A stretch of DNA of 48,418 bases from Spirochaetota bacterium (lineage in GTDB: Bacteria; Spirochaetota; Leptospiria; Turneriellales; Turneriellaceae). This document shows, piece by piece, positions 16,851 through 26,444 of the stretch; the stretch's first letter is position 1, and each line of letters begins with the position of its first letter. The notes below the pieces were generated by a model. The model was not told where the DNA came from. It did no database searches and saw only the letters and a program-made list of their open reading frames with translations. Location of the stretch: assembly GCA_017302045.1 (NCBI GenBank), contig JAFLED010000001.1:943-49360 (forward strand), written 5' to 3'. A program made the position numbers and the translations under genes.

Positions 16851-17603
16851 TTATTTTACGGTATTGCCACCGGTTGTGAAGACCAGAGAACGCGCATCTT
16901 CCGCAATTTTTCCGTTGGCATTCGGGCACTTCTGGCCAAAGGTCACGTTACTCAGGCGGGCAGTCAATCCATCAGATACATCGGGCGTAAAACTGGAACG
17001 CTGCACAGGCGTTGCGGCACAACTTGCGGCGTCGCCGAAGTATTCAATCCAGACCATCGACCCATGCGAAAGCGAATGAAATCCTTTGGCGAAGGGCATT
17101 GTACCGATCGTCAGCACCTTGCCGGTTTTCGATTCGGTGATTGTGCCCACGAGTTTTTTCCTGGCAATTTTGACAGCAGCAATATATTCTTCTCCGGTTT
17201 TCCAGTCAAAGGCCATGCTGCAGGTCATGCCATCCCCCTCACCGGTAAAGGGCTCGCAAACGGCACCCTTTCCTGGCTCTGCTTCGGTAACATTCCAGAC
17301 CGCGAAAATGAGCTTCTTGCCGATGCGCCTGCCTTTTTGCAATCCCCCGGTTTGAATGCCGACATAGCCACCCTCGTTGCTGCCGGCATAAAAGAACTGT
17401 TGCGACCAGAAGTATTCCGATGCATCGCCCGGGTATTCAATGACGCGGATTTTCATGCGGTTCTCGGCTACGGGTTTACCGGTATCGCCCCAGAACGACT
17501 GCGCATAGACGAGGCCACCCGGGGTGAGCTTGTCAGCAGCCAGGAAGGTAACGACGAAGAGCACGCCAAGGGCGAAAGCAACGAGGCGCATGGGGGTATA
17601 CAT
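16851..17603 (-). CDS. Secreted beta-rich protein (DUF3472-like)
   Basis: Signal peptide; YFWSQQF, GGYVGIQTGG, IFAVWN and WIEYFG motifs; paired Cys. Confidence 0.6.
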   Translation of the reverse strand: MYTPMRLVAFALGVLFVVTFLAADKLTPGGLVYAQSFWGDTGKPVAENRMKIRVIEYPGDASEYFWSQQFFYAGSNEGGYVGIQTGGLQKGRRIGKKLIFAVWNVTEAEPGKGAVCEPFTGEGDGMTCSMAFDWKTGEEYIAAVKIARKKLVGTITESKTGKVLTIGTMPFAKGFHSLSHGSMVWIEYFGDAASCAATPVQRSSFTPDVSDGLTARLSNVTFGQKCPNANGKIAEDARSLVFTTGGNTVK

Positions 17604-17670
17604 TGCGTGCTACGCACAAGGTATCAGCAGCTACGTCAATTCCTGACAGGCAAACTCGAACCCAGGCAGA

Positions 17671-17720
17671 AATAGTTGCCGATGCAATAGTTGCGTAGTA
17701 AATTATTGCATATTCAAATA
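17671..17720. promoter_or_regulatory. Probable MarR operator region
   Basis: AATAGTTGC at 17671 and 17686, and AATTATTGC at 17701 (15-bp period), directly before the MarR ATG. Confidence 0.45.
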
Positions 17721-17721
17721 A

Positions 17722-18186
17722 ATGGCCACGAAATACCAGGGCAATTCTGAAGAAAAGCGGGCACTCGACCTCTTTATCAAGCTCATGCGCACCCATGACT
17801 CGCTCGAAAATAAGCTGCGCCATGAGTTTCGCGACTTTAAGCTGACGCCGCCGCAGTTCGGTATTCTTGAAACGCTCTACCATCTCGGCCCCTTGCAGCA
17901 GCATGTGCTGGCATCGAAGCTGTTAAAGTCGGCCGGTAATATCACGCGCGTGCTCGACGGCATGCAAGAGTCAGGTCTGATAGAGCGCCGCGCCGAACCA
18001 GGCGACCGCCGCTCGTTTCGAATCCATCTTACCCCCAAGGGTAAAAAAACGATTGAGAAGATTTTTCCCGATTTTGTCGCTGGCATTCGCACACTGTTCG
18101 GCGCACTGGCCGCCGGCGAACAAGAGCAGCTGAACCAGCTGCTGCGTAAGCTGGGCACGCACATCAGGCATTCCTATAAAGAATGA
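17722..18186 (+). CDS. MarR-family regulator (MhqR-like)
   Basis: LTPPQFGILETLYHLGPL...SAGNITRVLDGM..SGLIERR...DRRS..IHLT.KG. Confidence 0.92.
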   Translation: MATKYQGNSEEKRALDLFIKLMRTHDSLENKLRHEFRDFKLTPPQFGILETLYHLGPLQQHVLASKLLKSAGNITRVLDGMQESGLIERRAEPGDRRSFRIHLTPKGKKTIEKIFPDFVAGIRTLFGALAAGEQEQLNQLLRKLGTHIRHSYKE

Positions 18187-18210
18187 ATAAAGAAACGAAA
18201 GGAGAATAAC

Positions 18211-18594
18211 ATGAGTTCATTAATTTCTGGTTTTGCAAAGAGCGGCAGATTCATATTCTGCATACCTTTGATTATGTTTGGTATCAACCACCTGACAAAG
18301 GCAAACATGATGGCAGGCATGGTGCCTGTCCCGGGCGGTGTGTTCTGGGTTTATTTCACCGGTGTCGCGATGCTTCTGGGTGCCATCGGCATTATCACCA
18401 ACATGAAAGGCCTGGGTTCACTTGCAGCGTTTCTGACCGGTGTGCTGATTCTCACGTATGTGCTGAGCATCCACATTCCGGGTGTTATCAACGCGAAAGA
18501 CGAGATGAGCCGCATGATGCCGATGCTCGCCACGCTGAAAGATCTGGGCATGGTCGGCGGCGCGTGGGCGATCGCTGGTCAGTTGAAGAACTGA
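18211..18594 (+). CDS. DoxX-like membrane protein
   Basis: FGINHL...MVPVPGGVFWVYFTG...IH.P...LKDLGMVGGA; preceded by an AAGGAG RBS. Confidence 0.8.
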   Translation: MSSLISGFAKSGRFIFCIPLIMFGINHLTKANMMAGMVPVPGGVFWVYFTGVAMLLGAIGIITNMKGLGSLAAFLTGVLILTYVLSIHIPGVINAKDEMSRMMPMLATLKDLGMVGGAWAIAGQLKN

Positions 18595-18595
18595 T

Positions 18596-18859
18596 ATGCA
18601 GGCACATATAGCAGCAAAGCAGCCGGCGGGTGTCGAGCTCAAGGCCGGTGAAAACTACTATTGGTGTTCGTGCGGGCATTCGAAGAACCAACCGTTCTGC
18701 GATGGTTCTCACAACGCCATAAACAAGGGACTTCCCGAGGGCGAGAAAAAATTCGCACCGCTGAAGTTCACCGCCGAGCAGACTGGCCAAGCCTGGTTAT
18801 GCCAGTGCAAACAGACCGGCAACGCGCCGTTCTGCGACGGCACGCATAAAAAACTCTAA
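18596..18859 (+). CDS. Tandem CDGSH [2Fe-2S] (NEET, MiNT-like) protein
   Basis: WCSCGHSKNQPFCDGSH and LCQCKQTGNAPFCDGTH. Confidence 0.92.
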   Translation: MQAHIAAKQPAGVELKAGENYYWCSCGHSKNQPFCDGSHNAINKGLPEGEKKFAPLKFTAEQTGQAWLCQCKQTGNAPFCDGTHKKL

Positions 18860-18920
18860 GGTTTGCAGTCGAGATTTTCATCGCGCCCGCTATACGGGTG
18901 GGATGAAAATCTCTTTTCTA

Positions 18921-19337
18921 TTATTTCCCTATTTTGGAGAAGGCTTCTTTGTCTTTGGTTAAGAGTACATAGATTTCGAAATTACCCGCTTCATTCTTGT
19001 ATACCAGTGTCGGTTTGTCGGCCGGGATATCTTTTGTTTCACCCTGCGTCGGATAACTCGTCGAATCAAAGTTATAGGAACCAAACAACGGGCATTCGCC
19101 GCGACCCTTGCCGGCAATCTGCAACTGCGAAGAGTCGGGCCCGATGGGGGCCTTTTCAAATTCAATGCATTGCCAACCCGAAGGCCCCGTAACCTTAAGG
19201 CGACCCATGCCGGGTTTGTCTGCAGCCACAAAGCTGGCTTTGCCCGACGAACGCAACAGGTTGCACGAGGCAAATAACAAGAGAGGCACGGCGATGAAGC
19301 TAATTCTGGAGAGCGGTGATTTTCTTACGGATTTCAT
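18921..19337 (-). CDS. Hypothetical lipoprotein
   Basis: MKSVRKSPLSRISFIAVPLLLFASC lipobox-like signal; the start overlaps the end of the sigma gene. Confidence 0.55.
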   Translation of the reverse strand: MKSVRKSPLSRISFIAVPLLLFASCNLLRSSGKASFVAADKPGMGRLKVTGPSGWQCIEFEKAPIGPDSSQLQIAGKGRGECPLFGSYNFDSTSYPTQGETKDIPADKPTLVYKNEAGNFEIYVLLTKDKEAFSKIGK

Positions 19338-20535
19338 GTTTTTCCCCTTCGGTGCGCGCAAGTTCTAGCGCTTTCTCAAGACTGGCTCTTGCCCTCGGTT
19401 TGTCTACATTTTCGCAAAGCTCTGCGACGAGTATGTAATAAAAGCGGTCTTCGGGAAATCTCAGGCTTTCTAACTGCGCCAGCGCCTGCGTTTTTCCATG
19501 CACCTGACTGAACGCATAGATTCGGTTCAATTCGGCGCCGGGGGAGTATTGTAATTTGAGCAGCCGGTCGTAGTGATCCAGAATGCTGCGCCATTTTTCC
19601 TGCGTGTCGTCTCGCACACAGTGCCAGTAGGCAATGCCCGCTTCGAGGTGGTAGGTTGTCAGCTGTTCGCCCGTCGCCGCGAGAGACAGAAAGTGCGAAC
19701 CCTGTGCAATGAGTCCGCGATCCCAAAGCGAGACATCCTGCTCTTGATACAAGACCAGTGCGTTACTGTGATTCTCGCGCGCATCGATACGCGAAGCATG
19801 GAAACACATGAGCGCCACCAGCGCATACGTCTGCGGCAGGCGGGTCGGCGCATATTCGCAGAGAGCCGTGCCGAGCCGCAGCGCCTCGTAACAGAAGTCG
19901 CGGCGCAGCGTAACATTTTGCGTGCGCGAATAATAACCCTCGTTAAAGAGCAGATAAATAACGCGCAGTACGCTTTCCAGCCGCACCGCAATCTCCGCGG
20001 CGGGTGGCAGCTCGAGCACGACGTTTTCGGCGCGGAGTTTTTCTTTCGCGCGGAACAAGCGCTTGTTAATGGTTTCTTTGTTCGAGAAAAACGCCTCGGC
20101 GATCTCGTCGATACCGAAGCCGCAGAGAATGCGCAGCGCAAGACCGATCTGCGCTTCGCTTTGGATGACCGGATTACAAACTGCAAAGATCATAGCGAGC
20201 TGGCTGTCGCGGATGCCGGGTGCGGAAAAATCGGGTTCGGTGTCGCTGGTCATTTCGGGCTGACTCAGGGCGAGTTCGGCGATTTTGTTTTTGTGTCTTT
20301 TTGCGCGCCGGAAATGCGCGATAGCCTTTTGTTTCGCCACGACATAAAGCCATGCCGCGGGGTTAGGCGGAATACCTTCGGTTTCCCATTTTTCCGCGGC
20401 GGTTAAGAAAGTTTCGCCGACGATATCTTCGGCGATTTCCATATGCGCAAGGCCAAAGCGGCGGGCGATGACCGCGACCATTTTCGAAAATTCGGCACGG
20501 TAGAGTTCGCGTATGGCATCGCCTGCCCGCCGCAA
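19300..20535 (-). CDS. ECF sigma factor of ECF42 type (sigma2/4, DUF6596, TPR-like tail)
   Basis: AEDIV.E.F..A...W...GIPPNPAAWL; DSQLAMIFAVC.P; LALRILCGFGIDEIAEAF; VLRVIYLLFNEGY; adjacent YciI gene. Confidence 0.9.
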   Translation of the reverse strand: MRRAGDAIRELYRAEFSKMVAVIARRFGLAHMEIAEDIVGETFLTAAEKWETEGIPPNPAAWLYVVAKQKAIAHFRRAKRHKNKIAELALSQPEMTSDTEPDFSAPGIRDSQLAMIFAVCNPVIQSEAQIGLALRILCGFGIDEIAEAFFSNKETINKRLFRAKEKLRAENVVLELPPAAEIAVRLESVLRVIYLLFNEGYYSRTQNVTLRRDFCYEALRLGTALCEYAPTRLPQTYALVALMCFHASRIDARENHSNALVLYQEQDVSLWDRGLIAQGSHFLSLAATGEQLTTYHLEAGIAYWHCVRDDTQEKWRSILDHYDRLLKLQYSPGAELNRIYAFSQVHGKTQALAQLESLRFPEDRFYYILVAELCENVDKPRARASLEKALELARTEGEKHEIRKKITALQN

Positions 20536-20537
20536 GA

Positions 20538-20876
20538 TTATTTTCCCGGGCCGATGATCGGGCGTACTTCGACGCTGCCGTCTTCGTCGATTGCGGGGCA
20601 GCCATGTGCCAGCGTCGTCGCTTCGTCGAGATCGGCGGCGCGCACGACGATGAAGCTACCGAGGCGTTCTTTGATTTCGACGAAGGGGCCGTCGGTGATG
20701 ACGCCCCCAGCCTTCAAGACCTTGCCCTCCATGGCGAGCCGCGGTCCGTGGTCGACGAGTTTGCCTTGTTCGGCGATGCCGGTGACCCAGGCCTGCCACT
20801 TTTGCCCGAGTTCTTTCATTTTCTCGGGCGGGTATTCGTAATTCGGTTGGCGGAAAAGCAGGGCAAAATTTTTCAT
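20538..20876 (-). CDS. YciI/DGPF-family protein
   Basis: ITDGPFVEIKERLGSFIVVRAADLDEA...CP...GSVEVRP; start ATG 20876. Confidence 0.92.
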   Translation of the reverse strand: MKNFALLFRQPNYEYPPEKMKELGQKWQAWVTGIAEQGKLVDHGPRLAMEGKVLKAGGVITDGPFVEIKERLGSFIVVRAADLDEATTLAHGCPAIDEDGSVEVRPIIGPGK

Positions 20877-21292
20877 TACAGCCACCCGGTTTTCCATTGG
20901 CGGTACGAAATCAAGACCATAACGAGCACGATCGCGGCGGGCAGATAGCCCTGGTCGGTGAAGGCATGCGCCGCGATCGCGCCGATGAGATTGAAGGTAT
21001 AACCCGCATAGGCCCATTCTCTGAGCGTTCGGTTTTTTACGAAGAGAAAGGTGAATCCACCCAGAATCTTAAAAACTCCCAGAATCTTCATGGCATAAAT
21101 GGGAAATCCTACTTTGACGAAAGCTTCAACTGTCGGCTTAAACCCCACTATGTACGATATACCCGCGATGATCATGGTCACGGCGACAAAGCCGGTTATA
21201 ATCCAATAGATCACGCGGGCGATTTTGATCCAGCGGGCACGTTTTGATGCGTCGCCGCTATGGAATTCCATAGCGCTTTTTGTATCGGTCAT
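20876..21292 (-). CDS. DoxX-like membrane protein
   Basis: IYWIITG...GFPIY..ILGVFKILG...LREWAYAGYTFNLIGA..AH. Confidence 0.85.
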   Translation of the reverse strand: MTDTKSAMEFHSGDASKRARWIKIARVIYWIITGFVAVTMIIAGISYIVGFKPTVEAFVKVGFPIYAMKILGVFKILGGFTFLFVKNRTLREWAYAGYTFNLIGAIAAHAFTDQGYLPAAIVLVMVLISYRQWKTGWL

Positions 21293-21422
21293 ATCTCCTC
21301 CTGAAGCGTTGCTTCAGAAGGATAATGCCTGGGTTTTCCGAAATTGGACATCCGGCTGAAATTTTCTGACCGAAACCTGTTTAATGCTTTGCAGGGTGTG
21401 CCGATGCCGGCCAGCGCGTCGC

Positions 21423-22409
21423 ATGGGCATAAAAAGATTAAAAGCTCTTAAAATCCATATATGGGGTTGGCTGCTGCTCGGGGTCGCGTGCGTCGCCGAA
21501 ATTACGCCCGGAGCGGATGTCCCGGCGCCTGGTTTCAAGCTGACGAACGGTAACTCGGTCTCTGACGCCGGGTACGACGATTACCACCCGATCTTGCTGC
21601 GGCTTTCGAATAATTTTCTCGTGCTGGTTTTTGCCTCTAACCGGCCCTGCCCTACCTGTGGCGGCGGCACGCACAGCATCTATATTGCACCGTCGGTCGC
21701 GGCGTACCAGAACGACGGTAAACTACCGGCGTTTTATCCGCCGCAGGTCATTCTCGAAAACGCCGCGGCAAAAAGTTACAGCACGCGCCTGCGTCTCGCT
21801 GCGACGGTAAGTGGAACCACTTTTAATATCTACATTAAAGATAGCTCGGGCATCATCAGCGAAACCGGCGCCATTACAGCTGTGGCCAATGTCTCGCCGG
21901 ATGTCTTTGGTTCGGCAAACAACATTGCCGCGTACAACTGTTACTCAGGCACAATGCTGGGTCTTGACGCGACGGGGCAGATGATATCCACTGCGGGCAC
22001 TTCGGGACCGATCTCGCGTTACAACCCCGCGAGCGCGCTGCCGTTCTGCCCGACGAATGTTTTGTCGAATACCGCGATGGCGTCGGCGGTCAATATCAGT
22101 TATGTGCGTTCGGCCGACATCGGTATCAACGAAGGTTTTCTCGTCACCGATACAGCAGGCCGGCTGAGTGCGCACACAGCCACCGTCAAAGGTCCATATC
22201 TGCTGGGTTTCAACGATTTTCTCGCCGGCAGCGGTTTGTATCTGACGAGTGCGACGGCCTTTCTGGCGGGTCAGAGCGCGGGCGACCTTTTGGTTTTTTC
22301 CGCCTCGGCGGGCGCAGGATTACCCTCTGACCTCTACATTATCGCGAACAAAACGCCTGCGGCGCTTTGGTTAAAATACACTAAGTTCGGAGCACAGCCA
22401 GTACCATGA
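21423..22409 (+). CDS. Hypothetical exported protein or lipoprotein
   Basis: Long ORF with an LLLGVAC signal; beta-rich; DDYHP...LVFASNR propeller-like motif; start uncertain. Confidence 0.6.
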   Translation: MGIKRLKALKIHIWGWLLLGVACVAEITPGADVPAPGFKLTNGNSVSDAGYDDYHPILLRLSNNFLVLVFASNRPCPTCGGGTHSIYIAPSVAAYQNDGKLPAFYPPQVILENAAAKSYSTRLRLAATVSGTTFNIYIKDSSGIISETGAITAVANVSPDVFGSANNIAAYNCYSGTMLGLDATGQMISTAGTSGPISRYNPASALPFCPTNVLSNTAMASAVNISYVRSADIGINEGFLVTDTAGRLSAHTATVKGPYLLGFNDFLAGSGLYLTSATAFLAGQSAGDLLVFSASAGAGLPSDLYIIANKTPAALWLKYTKFGAQPVP

Positions 22410-22876
22410 GGCGGTTAATCCTGCTCATTTTTCTGGCCACTTCTTCTGCTCACGCAGCAGACAAAGCCCATGAAATGGAGCGCTACCGGCAAATCGCCAG
22501 TAAGTCGAGCGTCACGGTTCAAGACATGGTCGATCTCTTACTGATGGCGCGGGGTGAATTCGAAAAATACCACGATGAGGCAAAACGTTTTGAACACGCG
22601 CGCAGCGAAGGTTGGGTCAGGCACGGGTCGCCGGTAACCGCCTTAGACCGCGGCACTCTGGCATTTGCGCTGATGATGAATTATAACATCACGCGCGGCT
22701 GGTTGTTTCGCCTGACACGCTTTAACCGCTATGCGCTACGCGATGTGCAAGAGGCCGGCATCTTGTCGCCGCGCTTCAGCGAAGGCAATCTGGTCTCGGG
22801 CGCCCAGTTGATCGGTGCCATTAGTGCAGCCGAAGATTATAAAACCGAAAAGGAAGAATGGCCATCGCGCCACTAG
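22406..22876 (+). CDS. Hypothetical periplasmic protein
   Basis: Signal peptide MRRLILLIFLATSSAHA; ATGA overlap. Confidence 0.65.
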   Translation: MRRLILLIFLATSSAHAADKAHEMERYRQIASKSSVTVQDMVDLLLMARGEFEKYHDEAKRFEHARSEGWVRHGSPVTALDRGTLAFALMMNYNITRGWLFRLTRFNRYALRDVQEAGILSPRFSEGNLVSGAQLIGAISAAEDYKTEKEEWPSRH

Positions 22877-22886
22877 GAGAAACAGC

Positions 22887-23672
22887 ATGCGGAAAATAAA
22901 GACTTTCATTTCATGTCTGGTGCTGACCGGTACGCTCGCCGCGCGGGAAAAAAAAGCTGGCGAGCCGCTGAAGGGTGGTATCGTCGCAAAATTCGAAATG
23001 CTGAGCGGGCATGTTCAGTACCGCGTAAAAGGCGGCCATTGGAAAGAGGCGAAGCTCGGCCAGGGGTTGCCAGTCGACACAGAGCTCGAAACCGGGCCGC
23101 GGTCGCGCGCGCTGATTGTTTTCGCCAATGGTAGTACTCTCGCGCTGAATTCGCTCACTTCCGTGATGCTCGATACATACGGCACCGGTGCGTATGGCAG
23201 CCAGGTTGTGATGAGTCTGCGCGCGGGCAGGCTGCTGGCGAAAATACCCAGGACCAACGACGGTAAGCAGAGAAATCATTTTCATGTGCGTACCCCCACC
23301 GTCGTCGCGGGTGTGCGTGGTACCATCGAAGAGATTAGTTATTCTCCCGACCGGGGTTCAGAAATAAAGATGCACGAATCTGCAGCGGATCTTCTGGATC
23401 GCGCTCGCAGCAAGAGCCTCTTGCCGCAGGGAGGAAACTCCGTCGTAAACCGCGATGGCACAATGCCTGCGGATAAAACCGCGCGCCGGGCGCAGACGAA
23501 TACCACAGCCTCACAACAGGTGTCGACTGCAGGTGAGGTCGACTTCAGTTATACAAGCGGCGACTTCAACTTCTCACCGAATGCGCCGGATTTTGCGGAA
23601 TTTCTGCGTCTCTATGAACGTTTTGCGCAAGATGCCGCCTCGCGCGATACCTTTATTCTGGAGAAACTTTGA
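22887..23672 (+). CDS. FecR-domain protein
   Basis: ELETGPRSRALIVFANGS...FHVRTPTVVAGVRGT; AGGAG RBS before ATG 22887. Confidence 0.85.
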   Translation: MRKIKTFISCLVLTGTLAAREKKAGEPLKGGIVAKFEMLSGHVQYRVKGGHWKEAKLGQGLPVDTELETGPRSRALIVFANGSTLALNSLTSVMLDTYGTGAYGSQVVMSLRAGRLLAKIPRTNDGKQRNHFHVRTPTVVAGVRGTIEEISYSPDRGSEIKMHESAADLLDRARSKSLLPQGGNSVVNRDGTMPADKTARRAQTNTTASQQVSTAGEVDFSYTSGDFNFSPNAPDFAEFLRLYERFAQDAASRDTFILEKL

Positions 23673-25141
23673 AAAAAAAACGCAGCGCCATTCTCTTTTT
23701 CGTCGCGGCATTTTCGCTGTCGCCGGTTCTGGCCGCGAGTGAACTTATTCCGCTCGAAGAGCTGAAACCTCTCGACCTGGCGGATGGTCCGACGAACAAA
23801 CATAGTTTTCAGTACGGCCTTTCGGCGGCTAACACGGGCATCAGCGACAGTGCCAACCTCAAGAGCGGTTTCTTTTTGGGGAGCTACCGTCCCTATTTCC
23901 GTTATCTTTATAACGAGACCTATCTGTTCAGCGCGCGTGGCCGTGTCGCTTACGAGTATAACAATTCGCTTACGGCCGCACAGCAGGCGGCGGGCCAGAC
24001 CGCAGCGACGGGACTTTATGGCCTAGAACTCTTCAATGCCGAATTTCGTTTCGGAAATCATAAGCTGGTCATGGGGAGATCCTTCTTTAAAACAGGCCGC
24101 GGTTTATTGTTTGCAAACTTTGCCGACGGTGTCGAATATTCCGGTGTCTTTCGTTATGCAAAGATCACCGCGATGGGATCGTATTCTGCGCAGTATTCGG
24201 GTTGCGCACTGTCGCTTTCGGGTTGCGGTTTCAGCGGTCAGATCGCCCAGAAAGGTGCATACGATGTTACCCCTGGGCGCACGATCGACGCAAATCTGCC
24301 GAATGCCGGCAAAAGATTTTTTGCGTCGCTCGAAGCCGAGTCGCCGCAGGTCTTTGGCTCTTCGGCGTATGCTTTGGCGTTTTACAGTTACGATTTAGAC
24401 CAGTCGACTGTTGCGACAACCGACGCTTCGACGGGGCGCGTCGCGGGCCAACGCTACACGTTTAATCCGTTGTATTTCGGTCTGGGTTTCTCGGGCTATG
24501 TTGTCTCTCCGCGCATCCGTTATCTTGCCGAAGGCATCTATGAAACCGGCAGTACCTATAACAAGGTCAATGCGCTGACGGGGGTGAGCGAGCAGAGCAC
24601 CGTGCGCGCCTGGGGATTTACCTTCGACCTCAACTATGCTTTGCCGGTGCTCGAGGCGAAACTCATGCCCGGCCTTATTTTCCAGTACGCGACGGGTTCT
24701 GGCCGCAACACTGCCGCAGGCAGTGGCGCGAATACGGCGAACGCGGCGCAAGAGAATCTCACCGGCAGCGACACGAATCTGTTCTATTTCGGCTATTATT
24801 CGGCCGGGTTGGCGCTGAAACCCAAACTCAGTAACCTGCATATCTTTCGCTGGGGTTTTCAACTGCGCCCGCTCAACCACTATCATTGGGGCCGCAATTT
24901 TATGACCGTATTTAAGTATAGTTATTATCTGAAGCAAGTGGCGGCCAATGCCATCTCTGACCCGAACGCGACAATGCCGGGTGCGCAAGTCGGCCAAGGG
25001 CTCGATGCCCAGCTGGTCTATGATTTTACTTCAGATCTGAAGTTCTTTTATGCGTATGGCGCTTTTATTCCTGGGGCGGCGTATGCCACCGGGGCGGATG
25101 TCGTACAGATACACATTCTGAGCGTGAATTTGATCTTCTAA
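23669..25141 (+). CDS. Outer-membrane beta-barrel (alginate export-like)
   Basis: Signal peptide, alternating amphipathic strands, C-terminal Phe (LSVNLIF). Confidence 0.7.
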   Translation: MKKKRSAILFFVAAFSLSPVLAASELIPLEELKPLDLADGPTNKHSFQYGLSAANTGISDSANLKSGFFLGSYRPYFRYLYNETYLFSARGRVAYEYNNSLTAAQQAAGQTAATGLYGLELFNAEFRFGNHKLVMGRSFFKTGRGLLFANFADGVEYSGVFRYAKITAMGSYSAQYSGCALSLSGCGFSGQIAQKGAYDVTPGRTIDANLPNAGKRFFASLEAESPQVFGSSAYALAFYSYDLDQSTVATTDASTGRVAGQRYTFNPLYFGLGFSGYVVSPRIRYLAEGIYETGSTYNKVNALTGVSEQSTVRAWGFTFDLNYALPVLEAKLMPGLIFQYATGSGRNTAAGSGANTANAAQENLTGSDTNLFYFGYYSAGLALKPKLSNLHIFRWGFQLRPLNHYHWGRNFMTVFKYSYYLKQVAANAISDPNATMPGAQVGQGLDAQLVYDFTSDLKFFYAYGAFIPGAAYATGADVVQIHILSVNLIF

Positions 25142-25177
25142 GGCGCGATAAAAATCAGCAAAAAAACTTGCCTGAAA

Positions 25178-25195
25178 GACGAACATTTGTTTACT
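25178..25195. promoter_or_regulatory. Possible FabR/DesT-like operator
   Basis: GACGAACATTTGTTTACT upstream of the desaturase operon; TCTAAC-AGC-GTTAGA dyad at 25201-25215. Confidence 0.35.
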
Positions 25196-25251
25196 TTATA
25201 TCTAACAGCGTTAGAATGTCCGCGCTGTCAGTTTTGACACCAGGAGGAGCC

Positions 25252-26364
25252 ATGAATCCAACGAAAGAAACCAGCCTGTTCAGCGGCTTTAGCGCCTTTG
25301 AAGGGCTGCTGCCCGATTTTGCGCGCACCGGCCTTTTCAGCGCGGCAGGCCAGAAATACACGCGCGAACAATCGGGTCGCCTCGACACCGAATACCGCCC
25401 GAGTGCGGTCGTGTTGAGCCGCCGTGAAGAAACCGCCGAGACCATTACACTCAAACTTTTACCTGGTGAGAGATATCCCGATTTTGTACCCGGCCAGCAC
25501 ATCGACGTCGCCGTTGAAATCGCGGGTGTGCGCCATGTGCGCCAGTATTCTTTGACGGGCATACCCGGCGCCGGAGCTCTTGAGATTACCGTTAAGCGCC
25601 AGAAGGGCGGCCTGGTTTCGAATCACCTGCTCGATCATGCCGAGTCGGGCACCCGGCTTGAAATATCCGTACCGCGCGGCGAATTTCTGCTCCGCGATCA
25701 ACCGACTGCGGCGTATTGTTTTTTCTCCGCCGGTAGCGGCATCACCCCCGTTTACGCCATGGCGCGCGCGGTGTTGCAATCGGGTACCAAGGCGGATGTC
25801 TGGTTTTTTCACGCCGCTAAATCGAAAGACGCAGTCATCTTTCGCCACTCGCTCGAGCGCCTCGCGTTCGAGTACAAAAACTTCAAGCCGTATTTCTTTT
25901 TAAAAGAAAGCGATACAAACGATACGACACACCGCAGCGTGCGGCTGAATTACGCAGCAGCCGAATCGATGCTGCCGAGCGACATGAATCCGCACACGAC
26001 ACAGATTTTTGTCTGCGGGTCGGGTGCGTTCGTACAAGATCTGGAAGGCGGATTTACCGCCGCGGGATTTTCGGGCCTCCAGAGCGAATATTACACGCTG
26101 CCCGAAACTGCGGCCGGCGAAGGTGCTGCGCGCTTTCTGCGTTCGCGAGCAACGGTCAAAGCCGGGACAAACCTGCTCGAAGCAGCTGAGGCCGCGGGCA
26201 TTCAGGCGAAGCACGGTTGCCGCCGCGGCATCTGCCACGAGTGTAAGGCGCATAAGCGCTCGGGTACGGTGAAAAATATTCTTACCGGAAAAGAAACATC
26301 GGGGCGTGAGGACATCCAACTTTGCATCACCCAGCCGGTGGGCGTAGTAGAGATAGATTTGTAA
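25252..26364 (+). CDS. FAD/NAD(P)H ferredoxin reductase with C-terminal [2Fe-2S] (desaturase partner, Rv3230c-like)
   Basis: PGQH...RQYSL...GLVSNHL...AGSGITP...FVCGSG...GCRRGICHEC...LCI; GGAGG RBS before ATG 25252. Confidence 0.92.
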   Translation: MNPTKETSLFSGFSAFEGLLPDFARTGLFSAAGQKYTREQSGRLDTEYRPSAVVLSRREETAETITLKLLPGERYPDFVPGQHIDVAVEIAGVRHVRQYSLTGIPGAGALEITVKRQKGGLVSNHLLDHAESGTRLEISVPRGEFLLRDQPTAAYCFFSAGSGITPVYAMARAVLQSGTKADVWFFHAAKSKDAVIFRHSLERLAFEYKNFKPYFFLKESDTNDTTHRSVRLNYAAAESMLPSDMNPHTTQIFVCGSGAFVQDLEGGFTAAGFSGLQSEYYTLPETAAGEGAARFLRSRATVKAGTNLLEAAEAAGIQAKHGCRRGICHECKAHKRSGTVKNILTGKETSGREDIQLCITQPVGVVEIDL

Positions 26365-26369
26365 TTAAG

Positions 26370-26426
26370 GTCATGCTGAGCCTGTCGAAGCACGGCCCTG
26401 CCACCCTTCGACAAGCTCAGGGTGAC
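26370..26426. repeat. REP-like palindromic element
   Basis: GTCATGCTGAGCCTGTCGAAG...CTTCGACAAGCTCAGGGTGAC inverted arms, intergenic. Confidence 0.7.
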
Positions 26427-26444
26427 GAATAAAACGGAGGAAAT

